NCBI GenBank assembly: GCA_041687695.1
Contig: JAWLBL010000006.1
Span: 235,518 to 299,517 of the forward strand
Reading direction: 5' to 3'
Source of the DNA: Myxococcota bacterium
GTDB lineage: Bacteria > Myxococcota_A > UBA9042 > PHBI01 > JAWLBL01
Length of the DNA stretch: 64,000 nt
Below the pieces are notes generated by a model, which was not told the DNA's origin, did no database searches, and worked only from the letters and a program-made list of their open reading frames with translations. Numbering within the stretch: position 1 is the stretch's first letter; every line of letters begins with the position of its first letter. Made by a program: the position numbers and the translations under genes. Positions 8,861 to 18,594 of the stretch are shown one piece after another.

Positions 8861-10985
8861 GGCCGCTCCGATCCTGGAGGGTCGCAGGGGGACCGAACGC
8901 GGGCTCGTGCCAGGCCGCGCCGGCCGCGAGGAAGGCGTCGCGCTGGCGGCCGAGGAGGTCGGCCAGGACGCGCTGGTTGGTGGGGTCGCTCTCGGCGACC
9001 TCGGGGGCGGGCGACCAGCGGCCCTCGCGGCGGAGCAGCAGCTGCGGCGCGCCGCCGCGACGGGGGACGCGCAGCGCGGCGTCGCCCTGGACGACCAGCT
9101 CGGCCTCTCCGCGGTGGGTCGCCAGCGTGGTCGCGGGCCACGCGACGGTCGCCCGGTCGACGGGGCGCCCGCTGGTGAGGTCGGCGGACGCGCCGCCCCA
9201 GGTCATGAGGGAGGCCGCCAGATCGGTCAGGTCGTGGGTCGCGCGCCGGGCGGCGGCCTCGACCGGGGTCCCGATGATCCAGGCCGGGACGTGCAGGTTG
9301 GCGGGCGTCAGCGCGTCGGCGGCCGGGTCGGCCGGCTCGCCGCCCAGGCCGACGACGACGACGATCGGGGCGAACTGCTCGATGCTCTGCACCTGCGCGA
9401 TGAACTGGCGCACGGCCCCCAGGGTCTCGGCGGCCGTCGCGCGGCGCAGCGTGTCCAGCCACAGGTGGTCGCGCTCGGTGAGGCGGCGCTTGCCGCCTGC
9501 GACGTCGATGAGCACCTCTCGGGTCTGCAGGGGCTTCCAGGGCTGGCGGCCTTCGGGCGGGCCGTGCTGCTGCCAGGCGTCCGTGCGGGGCATCCAGGGG
9601 GGGCCGCCGTCGCCGACGACCGCCAGCGCGAACACCGGGCGCTCGTCCGGGGCGCGCAGGATGGCGGTGACGACCGAGCGGAGGACGTCGGGCGCGAACG
9701 GCTCGCGGGCGCCCGGCGGGGCTCCCACGACCGCGTCCGCGAAGCCGGCCCACAGCGGCGAGGACGCGGTGAGCGGCAGGCGGCTGGTGCGCAGGATGGT
9801 GTGCCGCCCCGCGTCGGCCATGTGTTGGGCCAGGGTGCGGGTGCCCTTGGGGAGGGCGTCCGAGGTGCCGAGCAGCCCCAGCGCCTGCGGGTGGCGGCCG
9901 GTCAGCAGCGAGGCCAGGGCGGGCTCGAAGGTCGTCGCGGTGCTCCAGACGTCGTTCAGGCGCGCCGCGCCGGGCACGTCTGCCAGCGCCTCTCCGACCG
10001 CGTCGGCGCGCACGCCTCGCAGGGCGACCACCACGATCGGGCGGCCGACGGGCGGGGCCGCGGCGACGGCGGGTGCGTCCCCCGGGGCGGTCAAGCGCGG
10101 CGCGACCAGCCCGACGGCGCCGTCGGACGTCCCCTCGAGCGACACCCTCAGATACACCGGAGCGTGCGTGCGCGGATCGCCCAGCGCCAGGTTCCACGGC
10201 ATGACCAGCGCGGCCGGCAGCCGGGCCACCTCGTGGCGGCCGCCGAAGGTCCAGATACGCTCGACGACCAGCGTCAGCCCCGAGACGTCGCCCCGGGTGC
10301 GCATCCCGCGCGTCTCCAGGGCGTGCCGGACGTGCTGCGTCAGCGGCAGCAGGACCTGCTCGCCGGGCTCGAGCCACAGGGCGTCGTGCTCGGCCACCGG
10401 GGCGGCGACCGCTCCACCCGGGCCCGCCGCGTTCGCGCTGAGGATCACCGCGTGCAGCAGCCCGCGCCAGCTCTGCGGCATCGCGGGGCCCTCCTCGACG
10501 GCCTTGCCGGCCCGCGTCAGCGTCAAGCCGAGCCGATGGCGCCCGACGGTCCCCTCGGGCAAGGCCACCGTCACGCGCTGCCACCCCGCCTCGAGGGGCT
10601 CGACCGCGACCCGGTCCCCGTCCAGCGTGACCTGCAGGTCGCGCAGGCCATGAGCCGGGCGCAGGACCACGTCCAGCCGCTGCGACCCGGCCGGGACGTC
10701 GACGACCAGGCTGGCCTGCGGGTGGACGATGGGCCGGTAACCGAACCCGCCCGCCTCGCAGCCGACCGGCCCGAAGCCGAAGGCCCCCTCCGGCCCCGCG
10801 GCCGCGTCCAACGCCGGGCTCGCCGCCTCGATGCGCCCCACGCCGTAGGCGCGCAGCCGCACGAGGTCGACGACGTCCACGCGCCCCGGCAGCGCCGCGC
10901 GCGCCTCGCCCGGGCCGGTCGCCCCTGCCGTCATCCAAAGCGCCGCGAGCGCCGCCCCCGCCACCAACCCAGCTCTCGCCGCCAT
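8838..10985 (-). CDS. Secreted protein with a C-terminal sulfatase/alkaline-phosphatase-like domain (catalytic motif degenerate)
   Basis: Signal peptide from ATG 10985; PIVVVALRGVRAD, EPALASLLTGRHP and LHVP motifs echo the sulfatase fold. Confidence 0.55.
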   Translation of the reverse strand: MAARAGLVAGAALAALWMTAGATGPGEARAALPGRVDVVDLVRLRAYGVGRIEAASPALDAAAGPEGAFGFGPVGCEAGGFGYRPIVHPQASLVVDVPAGSQRLDVVLRPAHGLRDLQVTLDGDRVAVEPLEAGWQRVTVALPEGTVGRHRLGLTLTRAGKAVEEGPAMPQSWRGLLHAVILSANAAGPGGAVAAPVAEHDALWLEPGEQVLLPLTQHVRHALETRGMRTRGDVSGLTLVVERIWTFGGRHEVARLPAALVMPWNLALGDPRTHAPVYLRVSLEGTSDGAVGLVAPRLTAPGDAPAVAAAPPVGRPIVVVALRGVRADAVGEALADVPGAARLNDVWSTATTFEPALASLLTGRHPQALGLLGTSDALPKGTRTLAQHMADAGRHTILRTSRLPLTASSPLWAGFADAVVGAPPGAREPFAPDVLRSVVTAILRAPDERPVFALAVVGDGGPPWMPRTDAWQQHGPPEGRQPWKPLQTREVLIDVAGGKRRLTERDHLWLDTLRRATAAETLGAVRQFIAQVQSIEQFAPIVVVVGLGGEPADPAADALTPANLHVPAWIIGTPVEAAARRATHDLTDLAASLMTWGGASADLTSGRPVDRATVAWPATTLATHRGEAELVVQGDAALRVPRRGGAPQLLLRREGRWSPAPEVAESDPTNQRVLADLLGRQRDAFLAAGAAWHEPAFGPPATLQDRSGHGHLCTR

Positions 10986-11207
10986 GGCCTCTCCCCTGAG
11001 CGCCGCGCCCGCGCGACGCCCCGGTGGGGTAGCACGCCTGGCCCCGTCGAGACAAGGAGCCGTCACGCCTCGACTTCTCGGCGGTCGCCCGCTCCGAACG
11101 CCCCCCTTGACGCGTCCCCCTCCACTTCTCCAGCATCGGTCGGGCGCGCCGCGGCCCCACCGGGTCTCGGCGGCGCTCGCTCCGAACCGACCGAACCCGA
11201 GGCCGCC

Positions 11208-11717
11208 ATGACCCCCCAGCTCGCCCCGACCCGGACCGGCATCCTGTTCGTCTGCCTGGGCAACATCTGCCGGTCGCCCCTGGCCGAAGGGGTCTTCCTC
11301 GGCGAGGTCGTTCGCCGCGGCCTCGGCGACCGGTTCGTGGTCGACTCGTGCGGGACGGCCGCCTACCACGTCGGCGAGGCCCCCGACCCGCGCAGCTGCC
11401 AGGTCGCGGCGCAGTACGGCCTCGACATCACCCACCAGCGCGCCCGCCAGCTCGCGTCGGCCGACTTCGCCCGCTTCGACTGGATCGTCGCGATGGACCG
11501 CGCCAACGCCCGCGCGATCGAGCAAGCCCGCCCGAACGGCGCCCGCGCTCGCGTGGCCCGCTTCATGGACTTCGTCCCAGACTCGACCAGCCAGGACGTC
11601 CCCGACCCCTACTACGGCGGCCCCGAGGGCTTCGAGCGCGTCTACGATCTGCTGCGGCGGGGCGCCGACCGGCTGCTCGACGCCGTCCTGGCGGAGCGGG
11701 CGCAGGAGGCCGGTTGA
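11208..11717 (+). CDS. ptpA: Low-molecular-weight protein-tyrosine phosphatase
   Basis: FVCLGNICRSPLAEG P-loop and DVPDPYYG. Confidence 0.93.
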   Translation: MTPQLAPTRTGILFVCLGNICRSPLAEGVFLGEVVRRGLGDRFVVDSCGTAAYHVGEAPDPRSCQVAAQYGLDITHQRARQLASADFARFDWIVAMDRANARAIEQARPNGARARVARFMDFVPDSTSQDVPDPYYGGPEGFERVYDLLRRGADRLLDAVLAERAQEAG

Positions 11718-12580
11718 CGGCCCTGCCGCCGGTCGCGCGCGCCCTCGCGCGGCGCACCCTCGGGGTGCCGGAGGCGGCCCAGCCCACGGCGAGGTCGGTC
11801 GGCGGGGGCTGCATCAGCGAGGCGGCGCGCGTCGAGGCCGCAGGCCGGGCGGTCTTCCTCAAGTGGCGCGACGGAGCGCCGGCCGACTTCTTCGACGCCG
11901 AGGCCGACGGGCTCGACCGCCTCCGGGCCGCTGGCCTGCGGGTCCCGCGCGTGCTCGGACACGCCCACGACGGCCGCTGCGGCGCCATCGCCCTCGAGGC
12001 GCTCGACGAGGGCGCCGCCTCTGCCCGGGCCATGGCCGACGCCGGCCGCCGGCTCGCGCTCCTCCACGGCCGCCGCGGCCTCGCGCCCGGGCTCGCCCGC
12101 GACAACTACATCGGCTCGCTGCCACAGCCGAACGCTCCGGAGCCCGGCGGCGCCTGGCTCGCCTTCTGGAAGCAACGCCGGCTGCTGGCGCTGTCTCGCG
12201 GGTTGCCCCAGGGGCTGCGCCAACGCCTCGAGCGCCTCGATCCGACCGGCGTCCTCGCCGAGCCCGAGGGCGGCTGCGCCCTGCTGCACGGCGACCTGTG
12301 GAGCGGCAACCTGCTGTGCGACCGCGAGGGCCTCGCCTGGTTCATCGACCCGGCGGTCTACGCCGGCCACCCTGAGGTCGACCTCGCCATGACCCGCCTG
12401 TTCGGCGGCTTCCCCGCCGCCTTCTACGACGCCTACCAGGAGGTCGCCGGCCGGTTCGACCGCGAGCACCTCGCCCGCTGCGACCTCCTCAACCTCACCC
12501 CCCTCATCGTTCACGCGCGGCTCTTCGGCGCTGGCTACCTCAGCCAGGTCGAGTCCGTGCTCACGCGCTTCGGCGCCTGA
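11714..12580 (+). CDS. Fructosamine/ribulosamine 3-kinase family protein
   Basis: TTG overlapping the upstream TGA; GGGCIS, FLK, EADGL, DNYIG, LLHGDLWSGN, IDPA..GHPEVDLAM. Confidence 0.9.
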   Translation: MTALPPVARALARRTLGVPEAAQPTARSVGGGCISEAARVEAAGRAVFLKWRDGAPADFFDAEADGLDRLRAAGLRVPRVLGHAHDGRCGAIALEALDEGAASARAMADAGRRLALLHGRRGLAPGLARDNYIGSLPQPNAPEPGGAWLAFWKQRRLLALSRGLPQGLRQRLERLDPTGVLAEPEGGCALLHGDLWSGNLLCDREGLAWFIDPAVYAGHPEVDLAMTRLFGGFPAAFYDAYQEVAGRFDREHLARCDLLNLTPLIVHARLFGAGYLSQVESVLTRFGA

Positions 12581-12590
12581 TGGAGCCTCG

Positions 12591-13295
12591 ATGGGCACCG
12601 CCGCCCCCACCCGCCTCCTGCTGCCCTCTCGCCTCCTCTTGATCGTCGCCTTCGGCCTCGCGGTCGTCGGGTCCCTGTCCGCCTGTCGCGACGACGCCGA
12701 CGACGTCGCGGTCCCCGCGCGGACCCCGGTCGCCCCGCCGCCCGCGCCCTCCCCGCTGACCCTCGACGGGACCACCGACGTCGCCTTCCGCTACCTCGAC
12801 CCGGCGACCGGCCGCCCGGCCACCGCGACGACCGTCGACGCCATCCCCGAGGCCGCCCGCGCCCAGGTCATCGTCCTCCCGCTGGCCGGCGAGGCCCCGC
12901 CCGGCTGGGAGCACGTCGCCGACCTGACACGCCCGCTCCCCGTCACCACCGTCCCGACGCGCGGGTTCGTCCTCAGCCCGCCGTCCCCCGCCGAGGCCGC
13001 CCCGGACCCGGCCCCGCCCGCGCGCCGCCGCGTCGGCCCGCCCGAGGTCGTCATGTTCTCGGGGCCGGGCTGCAAACCCTGCAAGCACGCCCGCAAGTGG
13101 CTGAGCGAACGGCGCGTCCCCTTCACCGAGCTCGATCTGGGCACCGACCCCAAGGCGTGGACCCGCCTCGACGAGCTGGCCGCCCGCGCCGGCCTGCGCG
13201 AGCGCGACAAGCGCGGCGTCCCCATCTTCTTCGTCGACGGCCAGCCCGTCCTCGGCTTCGATCGCGCGCGCCTCGCCAAGCTCATCGGCCTGTGA
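12591..13295 (+). CDS. Lipoprotein with a C-terminal glutaredoxin/NrdH-like domain
   Basis: Lipobox LSAC; CKPC, GVP and GFD motifs. Confidence 0.75.
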   Translation: MGTAAPTRLLLPSRLLLIVAFGLAVVGSLSACRDDADDVAVPARTPVAPPPAPSPLTLDGTTDVAFRYLDPATGRPATATTVDAIPEAARAQVIVLPLAGEAPPGWEHVADLTRPLPVTTVPTRGFVLSPPSPAEAAPDPAPPARRRVGPPEVVMFSGPGCKPCKHARKWLSERRVPFTELDLGTDPKAWTRLDELAARAGLRERDKRGVPIFFVDGQPVLGFDRARLAKLIGL

Positions 13296-13378
13296 GGCGG
13301 GGGCCGCGCGCCCCCACGGTCGATTTTCTGGACGGCGCGCGCGACCGCCCGGACCCTCGTCGCAAGGGAGGAACGAAC

Positions 13379-13729
13379 ATGGCTCTTGCGATGCACACGG
13401 TGGGTTCCGAGTCGGCGCTCGCGCCGGTCGATGACTGGGCGGCCGAGGTCACCTTCGGCGGGCGGACGTCGCCCCGGTCGCGGGCGCAGGCGCGCGTCGT
13501 CAGCCTCGGCCGTCGCGGCATGATGCTGTCGTCGCTGCGCGTCCCGGCGGGCGAGCGCTTCGCCTGGATCTCCTTCACCATGCCGAACGGGCAGACCCTG
13601 TCGCCGCTCGTCGAGGTCGGCGCCAGCTCCGAGGGCGCGGTCGCGGTGCGTTTCCGCCACCTCTTCCCCGATCAGCAGGCCCAGCTCGACGCCTTCCACG
13701 CCTCGCGCGCCACGGCGACGGGTTACTGA
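13379..13729 (+). CDS. Hypothetical protein, possibly a PilZ-like barrel
   Basis: GGAGG RBS before ATG 13379; SLGRRGM and AVRFRHL resemble PilZ strands. Confidence 0.45.
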   Translation: MALAMHTVGSESALAPVDDWAAEVTFGGRTSPRSRAQARVVSLGRRGMMLSSLRVPAGERFAWISFTMPNGQTLSPLVEVGASSEGAVAVRFRHLFPDQQAQLDAFHASRATATGY

Positions 13730-13766
13730 GGGCGAGGCCGGCGACTGGCCGGCCTTCGCGCGCGCG

Positions 13767-14630
13767 TCATGCGGCCCCGCCGCGCCGCGGGATGGGGCCC
13801 AGGTCCGGGTCGCCGCGCTCCATCGGGAACGCGCGCAGCTCGGGCGCGATGGCGTCGGCGAACGGCGCGAGGAGCGAGCGCACCTCGTCGGGGCGGTGGA
13901 TCTGGCTGAAGTGGCTGAGGACCAGCGTGCGGTTGCGAAACCGCGCCGCACGCGCCGCGAGATCGTCCAGGTGGACGTGGCCGCCGGCGCGGACGTCCTC
14001 GTAGCGTTTGCGCGCGTCGAGGAAGGTGCACTCGAGCACGAGCACCTCGCTGTCGCAGATGGCGGGCTGCCGGTCGAGGACCTCGGGCAGCGTGTCGCCG
14101 GTCACCGAGAGCAGCGGGGTGACGTGGGCCTCCGTCACGGCCACGCCTTGCTTGCGTAGCCGCCCGATCTCGGGGCCCGGCGTCTCCGCGAACTCCGGCT
14201 TCAGCTTGTCGACGGTGCGCTCCACCGTGTAACCGAGCGAGGGCAGCGTGTGGTAGGTCCGGAACGGGACCAGGTCGACGCCCTGCTTGAGGGGATACCG
14301 CTCGCCGGGCCGGGCCGCGATCAGGTGGTAACGCGACTGGTAGCGCTGGACGCGATCGAAGGCCTCGATGAGCGCCACCAGCCCGTCGGCCATCTGGGCG
14401 GGGACGTAGACGGTCGGCGGCGCCATCCCGTACAGCTGGCGCAGTGCCATCAGGTAGGGCAGGCCGGCCGCATGGTCCATGTGCGTGTGCGTCAGCGCGA
14501 GGTGGTTCAGGCGCACCAGCTCGCGCGGTCCGCGGCCCACGTCGATGGCCAGGCTCCACTCGGGGATCCAGACGCAGGTCTCGACGCCGCCGAGCGAGAA
14601 GCCGTTGAGTCGAAAGGTTCCAAAGTCCAT
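13767..14630 (-). CDS. Metallo-beta-lactamase-fold hydrolase, short RNase Z-like
   Basis: THTHMDH (HxHxDH), TYH, TGDT, LECTF, GHVH, HFSQ, and a KLKPEF..GPEI flexible-arm segment. Confidence 0.8.
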   Translation of the reverse strand: MDFGTFRLNGFSLGGVETCVWIPEWSLAIDVGRGPRELVRLNHLALTHTHMDHAAGLPYLMALRQLYGMAPPTVYVPAQMADGLVALIEAFDRVQRYQSRYHLIAARPGERYPLKQGVDLVPFRTYHTLPSLGYTVERTVDKLKPEFAETPGPEIGRLRKQGVAVTEAHVTPLLSVTGDTLPEVLDRQPAICDSEVLVLECTFLDARKRYEDVRAGGHVHLDDLAARAARFRNRTLVLSHFSQIHRPDEVRSLLAPFADAIAPELRAFPMERGDPDLGPIPRRGGAA

Positions 14631-14718
14631 GATGTCGAAGGCAGTTCGCCGGACCCAGCCGGCTTGTTACAGAGAGGTGCCCGTGGTAGAAACCCCCGCA
14701 ACCGGCAACGCGGAGGGC

Positions 14719-15258
14719 ATGATGTCGAGACCTCGGGCCACGAGCCTACGGCGCGCAGCGACACTGTCGATGTGCCTGATCTTCGGCCTGAGCGCCATCG
14801 CTTGTCAGGACAAGCCCGATCCCTACGAGGTCGGCTTCGGCGTCCCGGACACGGGAACCTCGCGCGAGGCCCCGCCCAAGATGGCCCAGCGCTGCCCGCT
14901 CGAAGAGGTCGTGACCGACCCGGCCGAGCGGTCGCCCGAGTGGGTCGTCAAGGAGCTCCTCGCCGCATCGTCCTCGGAAGGAGACGAGCAGGCCGCCTTT
15001 CAGCGATTCTACGGCCTCTTCGACGGGCAACAGGAGTCGTGGGTGCGCCAACAGTACTGGCCGCGCGCCCGCCAGCACGTCTCGAAGTATCTGGCCGAGG
15101 GCGACGGCGTGGTCTACACGATCTGCCGCCGCGAGGGTCAGACCGACACCCATGTGAAGCTCTTCATCCGCAGTAACGACGAGGAAAAGAGCAATCCGCC
15201 CATCACCTTGAAGAAGAACGCCGACGGCGAGTGGAAGGTCACGGCCTACACGCCCTGA
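14719..15258 (+). CDS. Hypothetical lipoprotein
   Basis: GGAGG RBS; hydrophobic signal ending AIAC; strong GC3 codon bias. Confidence 0.6.
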   Translation: MMSRPRATSLRRAATLSMCLIFGLSAIACQDKPDPYEVGFGVPDTGTSREAPPKMAQRCPLEEVVTDPAERSPEWVVKELLAASSSEGDEQAAFQRFYGLFDGQQESWVRQQYWPRARQHVSKYLAEGDGVVYTICRREGQTDTHVKLFIRSNDEEKSNPPITLKKNADGEWKVTAYTP

Positions 15259-15325
15259 TCCCAACCCCGCCCCGGCAGCCCCAATGCCACGCCTCCCGGC
15301 AACAGCCACGGGACCCGAGCCACGC

Positions 15326-17008
15326 ATGAAGATCGCCCACACCGCCCTTCGCTCCCTCTGTGCCCTGTCCGTGGCGGCCACGACCGGCGCCGCGTGTGAC
15401 GCCGAGCTCGACGCCCCGGCGCCGGTGGCCGTCAGCGTGCTCGCCCTCGAGGGCGGCACCTGCGGCAGCGACCCCGCGACGGCGAACCCGTTCGCCGACG
15501 CGAGCCGCGTCTCCATCCGCGTCTCGGGCATCAAGGGCGACGACGAGCCCTTCACCATCCGCGACTCCGCCAACCTCCGCGCGGGCTCGGACATCACCAT
15601 CTCCGGCATCCCGGTCGGCGTCGGCCACACGGTCGAGCTGTGGGCGCAGGGCGGCCAGAGCAACTGGTACGGCCGCGCGACCGGCGTCGCCGTCCGGCGG
15701 TCCGAGAAGAACCCCATCGAGATGACCCTGACCCGCCACGGCGCCTTCACCGACGTGGGGCTGCCGGAAGCGTTCAACAACATGGTCTTCCCGGCCGCGG
15801 TCGAGCTCGGCGACGGCCGCGTCATGGTCTCGGGCGGCTTCCGACGCGTCATCAGCGACGCCAGCGGCACGTTCCTGGGCTCGCCCAGCGACCAGGCGGT
15901 CATCTACGACCCGCGCACGGGCGCGACCAGCGCCGTCCTGCAGATGCCCGCCGGCCAGGAGCGCGGCGCCCACGCGATGGCCTTCATCCCGGCCACCAAC
16001 CAGGTCCTCATCGTCGGCGGCGCCCTGCGCATCGGCCTCGACGACGCCAAGGCCTTCCCCTACGTCTTCGACGTCGCCGACGGACGCAACGACCTCGTCC
16101 TCTTCGACGTCGCGTCCAACACCTTCTCGGTCGTCGAGAACGACTCCGAGAGCAAGCGCACCCAGCTCAAGCGAGCCTTCCCGCGCGTCCACGCCATGAA
16201 CGACGGCACGGTCGTCATCACCGGTGGTGGTCGCTGGCCGGTCGAGTCGTCCGAGGACTACAAGATCGTCGCCGTCTACGACGCGGCCCTCGGCAAGCTC
16301 CGCAACAGCGTCGGCTTCCAGAGCTTCTTCCCGCGCTCGGGCCACTCGATGACCTTCCTCAAGAACGAGGAGAACCTGGCCCAGCTGCTCCTCCTCGGCG
16401 GCACGACCAACGAGAGCGGTCGCCGTCAGGCCGAGATCCTCAAGCAGTCCAGCCGCCAGACCGACGGCATCGACGGCAACTTCGTCCAGGTCGACGTCGC
16501 CGGCGAGCTGCCCTTCCTGTTCTTCCACGAGGTCACGCCCCTGTCGGGCCAGCGCTTCCTCGTGACCGGCGGCGTCCGCGCGGACGCCAAGCGCGCCCTG
16601 CAGGCGCCGCTCGACGACGAGGCCTGGCTCCTCAGCTACTCCGAGGACAGCGGCACGCCGACCCTCAGCTCCATCCAGGTGCCGGGCCTCGGCGCCGGCC
16701 GCGTCTTCCACTCGGCGCTGACCGGCGACTTCCTGAGGGCGAACGTGGTCGGCGGCCTGTCGGGCCGGACGGCCCTCGACAACGACAAGGTGAAGTTCTT
16801 CGACGTCACGGCCTACGACTCCGGCGCCGCGCCCTGGACCGTGGCCCCCGAGACCAGCGCCTTCGTCAGCCGCGGCGGCCACGCCGGCGTCATGCAGCTC
16901 AGCGGATCGATCTTCCTGGTCGGCGGCGAGACGAACCTCACCCCGAACACCCCCGAGTGTGCGTTCAGCCAGGTCTACACGCCCTCGAGCATCGCGATCC
17001 CCAAGTAG
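15326..17008 (+). CDS. Secreted or lipoprotein kelch-repeat beta-propeller protein
   Basis: Signal ending GAAC; repeated R..H.....G.V...GG kelch units. Confidence 0.75.
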   Translation: MKIAHTALRSLCALSVAATTGAACDAELDAPAPVAVSVLALEGGTCGSDPATANPFADASRVSIRVSGIKGDDEPFTIRDSANLRAGSDITISGIPVGVGHTVELWAQGGQSNWYGRATGVAVRRSEKNPIEMTLTRHGAFTDVGLPEAFNNMVFPAAVELGDGRVMVSGGFRRVISDASGTFLGSPSDQAVIYDPRTGATSAVLQMPAGQERGAHAMAFIPATNQVLIVGGALRIGLDDAKAFPYVFDVADGRNDLVLFDVASNTFSVVENDSESKRTQLKRAFPRVHAMNDGTVVITGGGRWPVESSEDYKIVAVYDAALGKLRNSVGFQSFFPRSGHSMTFLKNEENLAQLLLLGGTTNESGRRQAEILKQSSRQTDGIDGNFVQVDVAGELPFLFFHEVTPLSGQRFLVTGGVRADAKRALQAPLDDEAWLLSYSEDSGTPTLSSIQVPGLGAGRVFHSALTGDFLRANVVGGLSGRTALDNDKVKFFDVTAYDSGAAPWTVAPETSAFVSRGGHAGVMQLSGSIFLVGGETNLTPNTPECAFSQVYTPSSIAIPK

Positions 17009-17114
17009 TCGGCCACCCATTGCGCTTCGGCGCGCTCAGCCTCCCGACCCCGCAGCGAGCGGGGCACCGGCCCCTCAGCAGCATCAGCGAATGCTTCGTC
17101 AGCAGGAGAAGCGA

Positions 17115-18506
17115 ATGCTTCGTCGTCACCGTGCGCCCGCCCGTGTCATCGCCGTGATGAGCGCGCTATTGTTCCTCAACCTCGAGATGACCGTCCTGCT
17201 GCAGGGGCATCTGGCCGTGTCCCGCGCCCACGCCCAGGCCGGCAAGGAGCGGCGCGTCGCGCTCTTCGTCTTGTCGACGGGGCGCAACGCCGGCGACGCG
17301 CAGGTGCTCCAGACGCTGCTCCGCAAGGAGCTCAAGGGCCTGACCAACGTCCGTCTGGTCACCGGCTCTCCCGATCCCGACCGCAGCATCGAGGCCACTG
17401 CCGGCCCGATGGTCGAAAACGGCATCCGCTCGCTCAACGACGGCGTGCGCAGCCGAGAGGCGGCGGCCGCGGCCGAGGCCGAGCTGCAGAAGGCCTACGA
17501 TCTGCTGGTGCGCGACACCGGCCCCCTCAACCGGCGGCTGCTCGCCCGCACGCTCAAGGGCCTGGGCGTCGCCCGCGTCATGCTGGGCCGCCGCGAGGAG
17601 GGCAAGGAGATGATCCGGGCCGCCCTGAACCTGTGGCCCGACCAGCAGGACGCCGAGTACGGCTACACCCTCGAGGTGCGCAACGCCTACAAGGAGGTCC
17701 AGAAGGAGCGCCTCGAGCAGGCCGCCGGCAGCGTCGCCATCTTCAGCGAGCCGACCGGCGCCGAGGTCAGCATCGGCGGCCAGGTGAAGGGCTACGCCAC
17801 CAGCGAGGGCATCAACGTCCGCGATCTGATGCCTGGCCCCCACTGGATGTCGGCGCAGCTCGACGGCTACAAGCGCTCCGGCGCCTTCGTCACCGTCGAG
17901 GCGGGCCAGGAGACCCTGCAGAACTTCTTCCTCGAGCCCATGCCGAACGCGCAGGCCTTCGAGTCGACCACCGCGGACATCGTCAAGAACTTCCGCAGCG
18001 AGGCCAAGGTCTCTGGTTCCCTGACCGGCCTCAAGGGCCTGGTCGGCGCGGACGAGGTGCTGGTGTTCCTGACTTCGAGCCGCGGCGGCGCCTACCACTT
18101 CAACGGCTGGCACCTTGGCCCGCAGGGCAAGGTCGAGCAGGTGCAGGCCAAGGTCAAGCAGGACGCCAGCTTCCTCACGGGCGTCCAGAACATGCTCGCC
18201 GGCGCCCTGAACACCACGGTGGCCGGCGAGTACGCCGAGCTGCCCCTGGACGCTCCGCCGGGCGCGAGCCAGATGGCCGGCGGCGGCGACGAGGTCTTCA
18301 TCGACCCCAACGATCAGATCATCAAGGTCGACGACAAGGAGAAGCAGTCGCTGACCAGCGAGTGGTGGTTCTGGGCCATCCTGGGCGGCGCCGCCGCGGG
18401 CCTCACCCTGGGCGTGCTCGCCATCGTCGACCAGCCGACCTCCTCGGGCGCCGTCGGAGACATCACCATCGGCGTGAACCCCGCCACGGGCGCGGCCGCG
18501 CAGTAG
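17115..18506 (+). CDS. TPR- and PEGA-domain protein with a C-terminal membrane anchor
   Basis: AGGAG RBS; SEPTGAEVSIGG PEGA motif; WWFW TM segment typical of myxobacterial PEGA proteins. Confidence 0.8.
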   Translation: MLRRHRAPARVIAVMSALLFLNLEMTVLLQGHLAVSRAHAQAGKERRVALFVLSTGRNAGDAQVLQTLLRKELKGLTNVRLVTGSPDPDRSIEATAGPMVENGIRSLNDGVRSREAAAAAEAELQKAYDLLVRDTGPLNRRLLARTLKGLGVARVMLGRREEGKEMIRAALNLWPDQQDAEYGYTLEVRNAYKEVQKERLEQAAGSVAIFSEPTGAEVSIGGQVKGYATSEGINVRDLMPGPHWMSAQLDGYKRSGAFVTVEAGQETLQNFFLEPMPNAQAFESTTADIVKNFRSEAKVSGSLTGLKGLVGADEVLVFLTSSRGGAYHFNGWHLGPQGKVEQVQAKVKQDASFLTGVQNMLAGALNTTVAGEYAELPLDAPPGASQMAGGGDEVFIDPNDQIIKVDDKEKQSLTSEWWFWAILGGAAAGLTLGVLAIVDQPTSSGAVGDITIGVNPATGAAAQ

Positions 18507-18529
18507 CCGGACGCCGCGAAGCTCACCGA

Positions 18530-18570
18530 AGCGAAACGGCCGGGGCGCTCACCCCGGCCGTTTCGCTTTC
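18530..18570 (+). terminator. Intrinsic terminator
   Basis: AGCGAAACGGCCGGGG-cgctca-CCCCGGCCGTTTCGCT followed by TT. Confidence 0.8.
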
Positions 18571-18594
18571 GAATCCAGCCTCTCCTGGCTCTTT

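Noticed and set aside
17086..17124. 15-nt direct repeat AGCGAATGCTTCGTC at the PEGA gene start
   Set aside because: A single short duplication, most simply local slippage giving two possible starts
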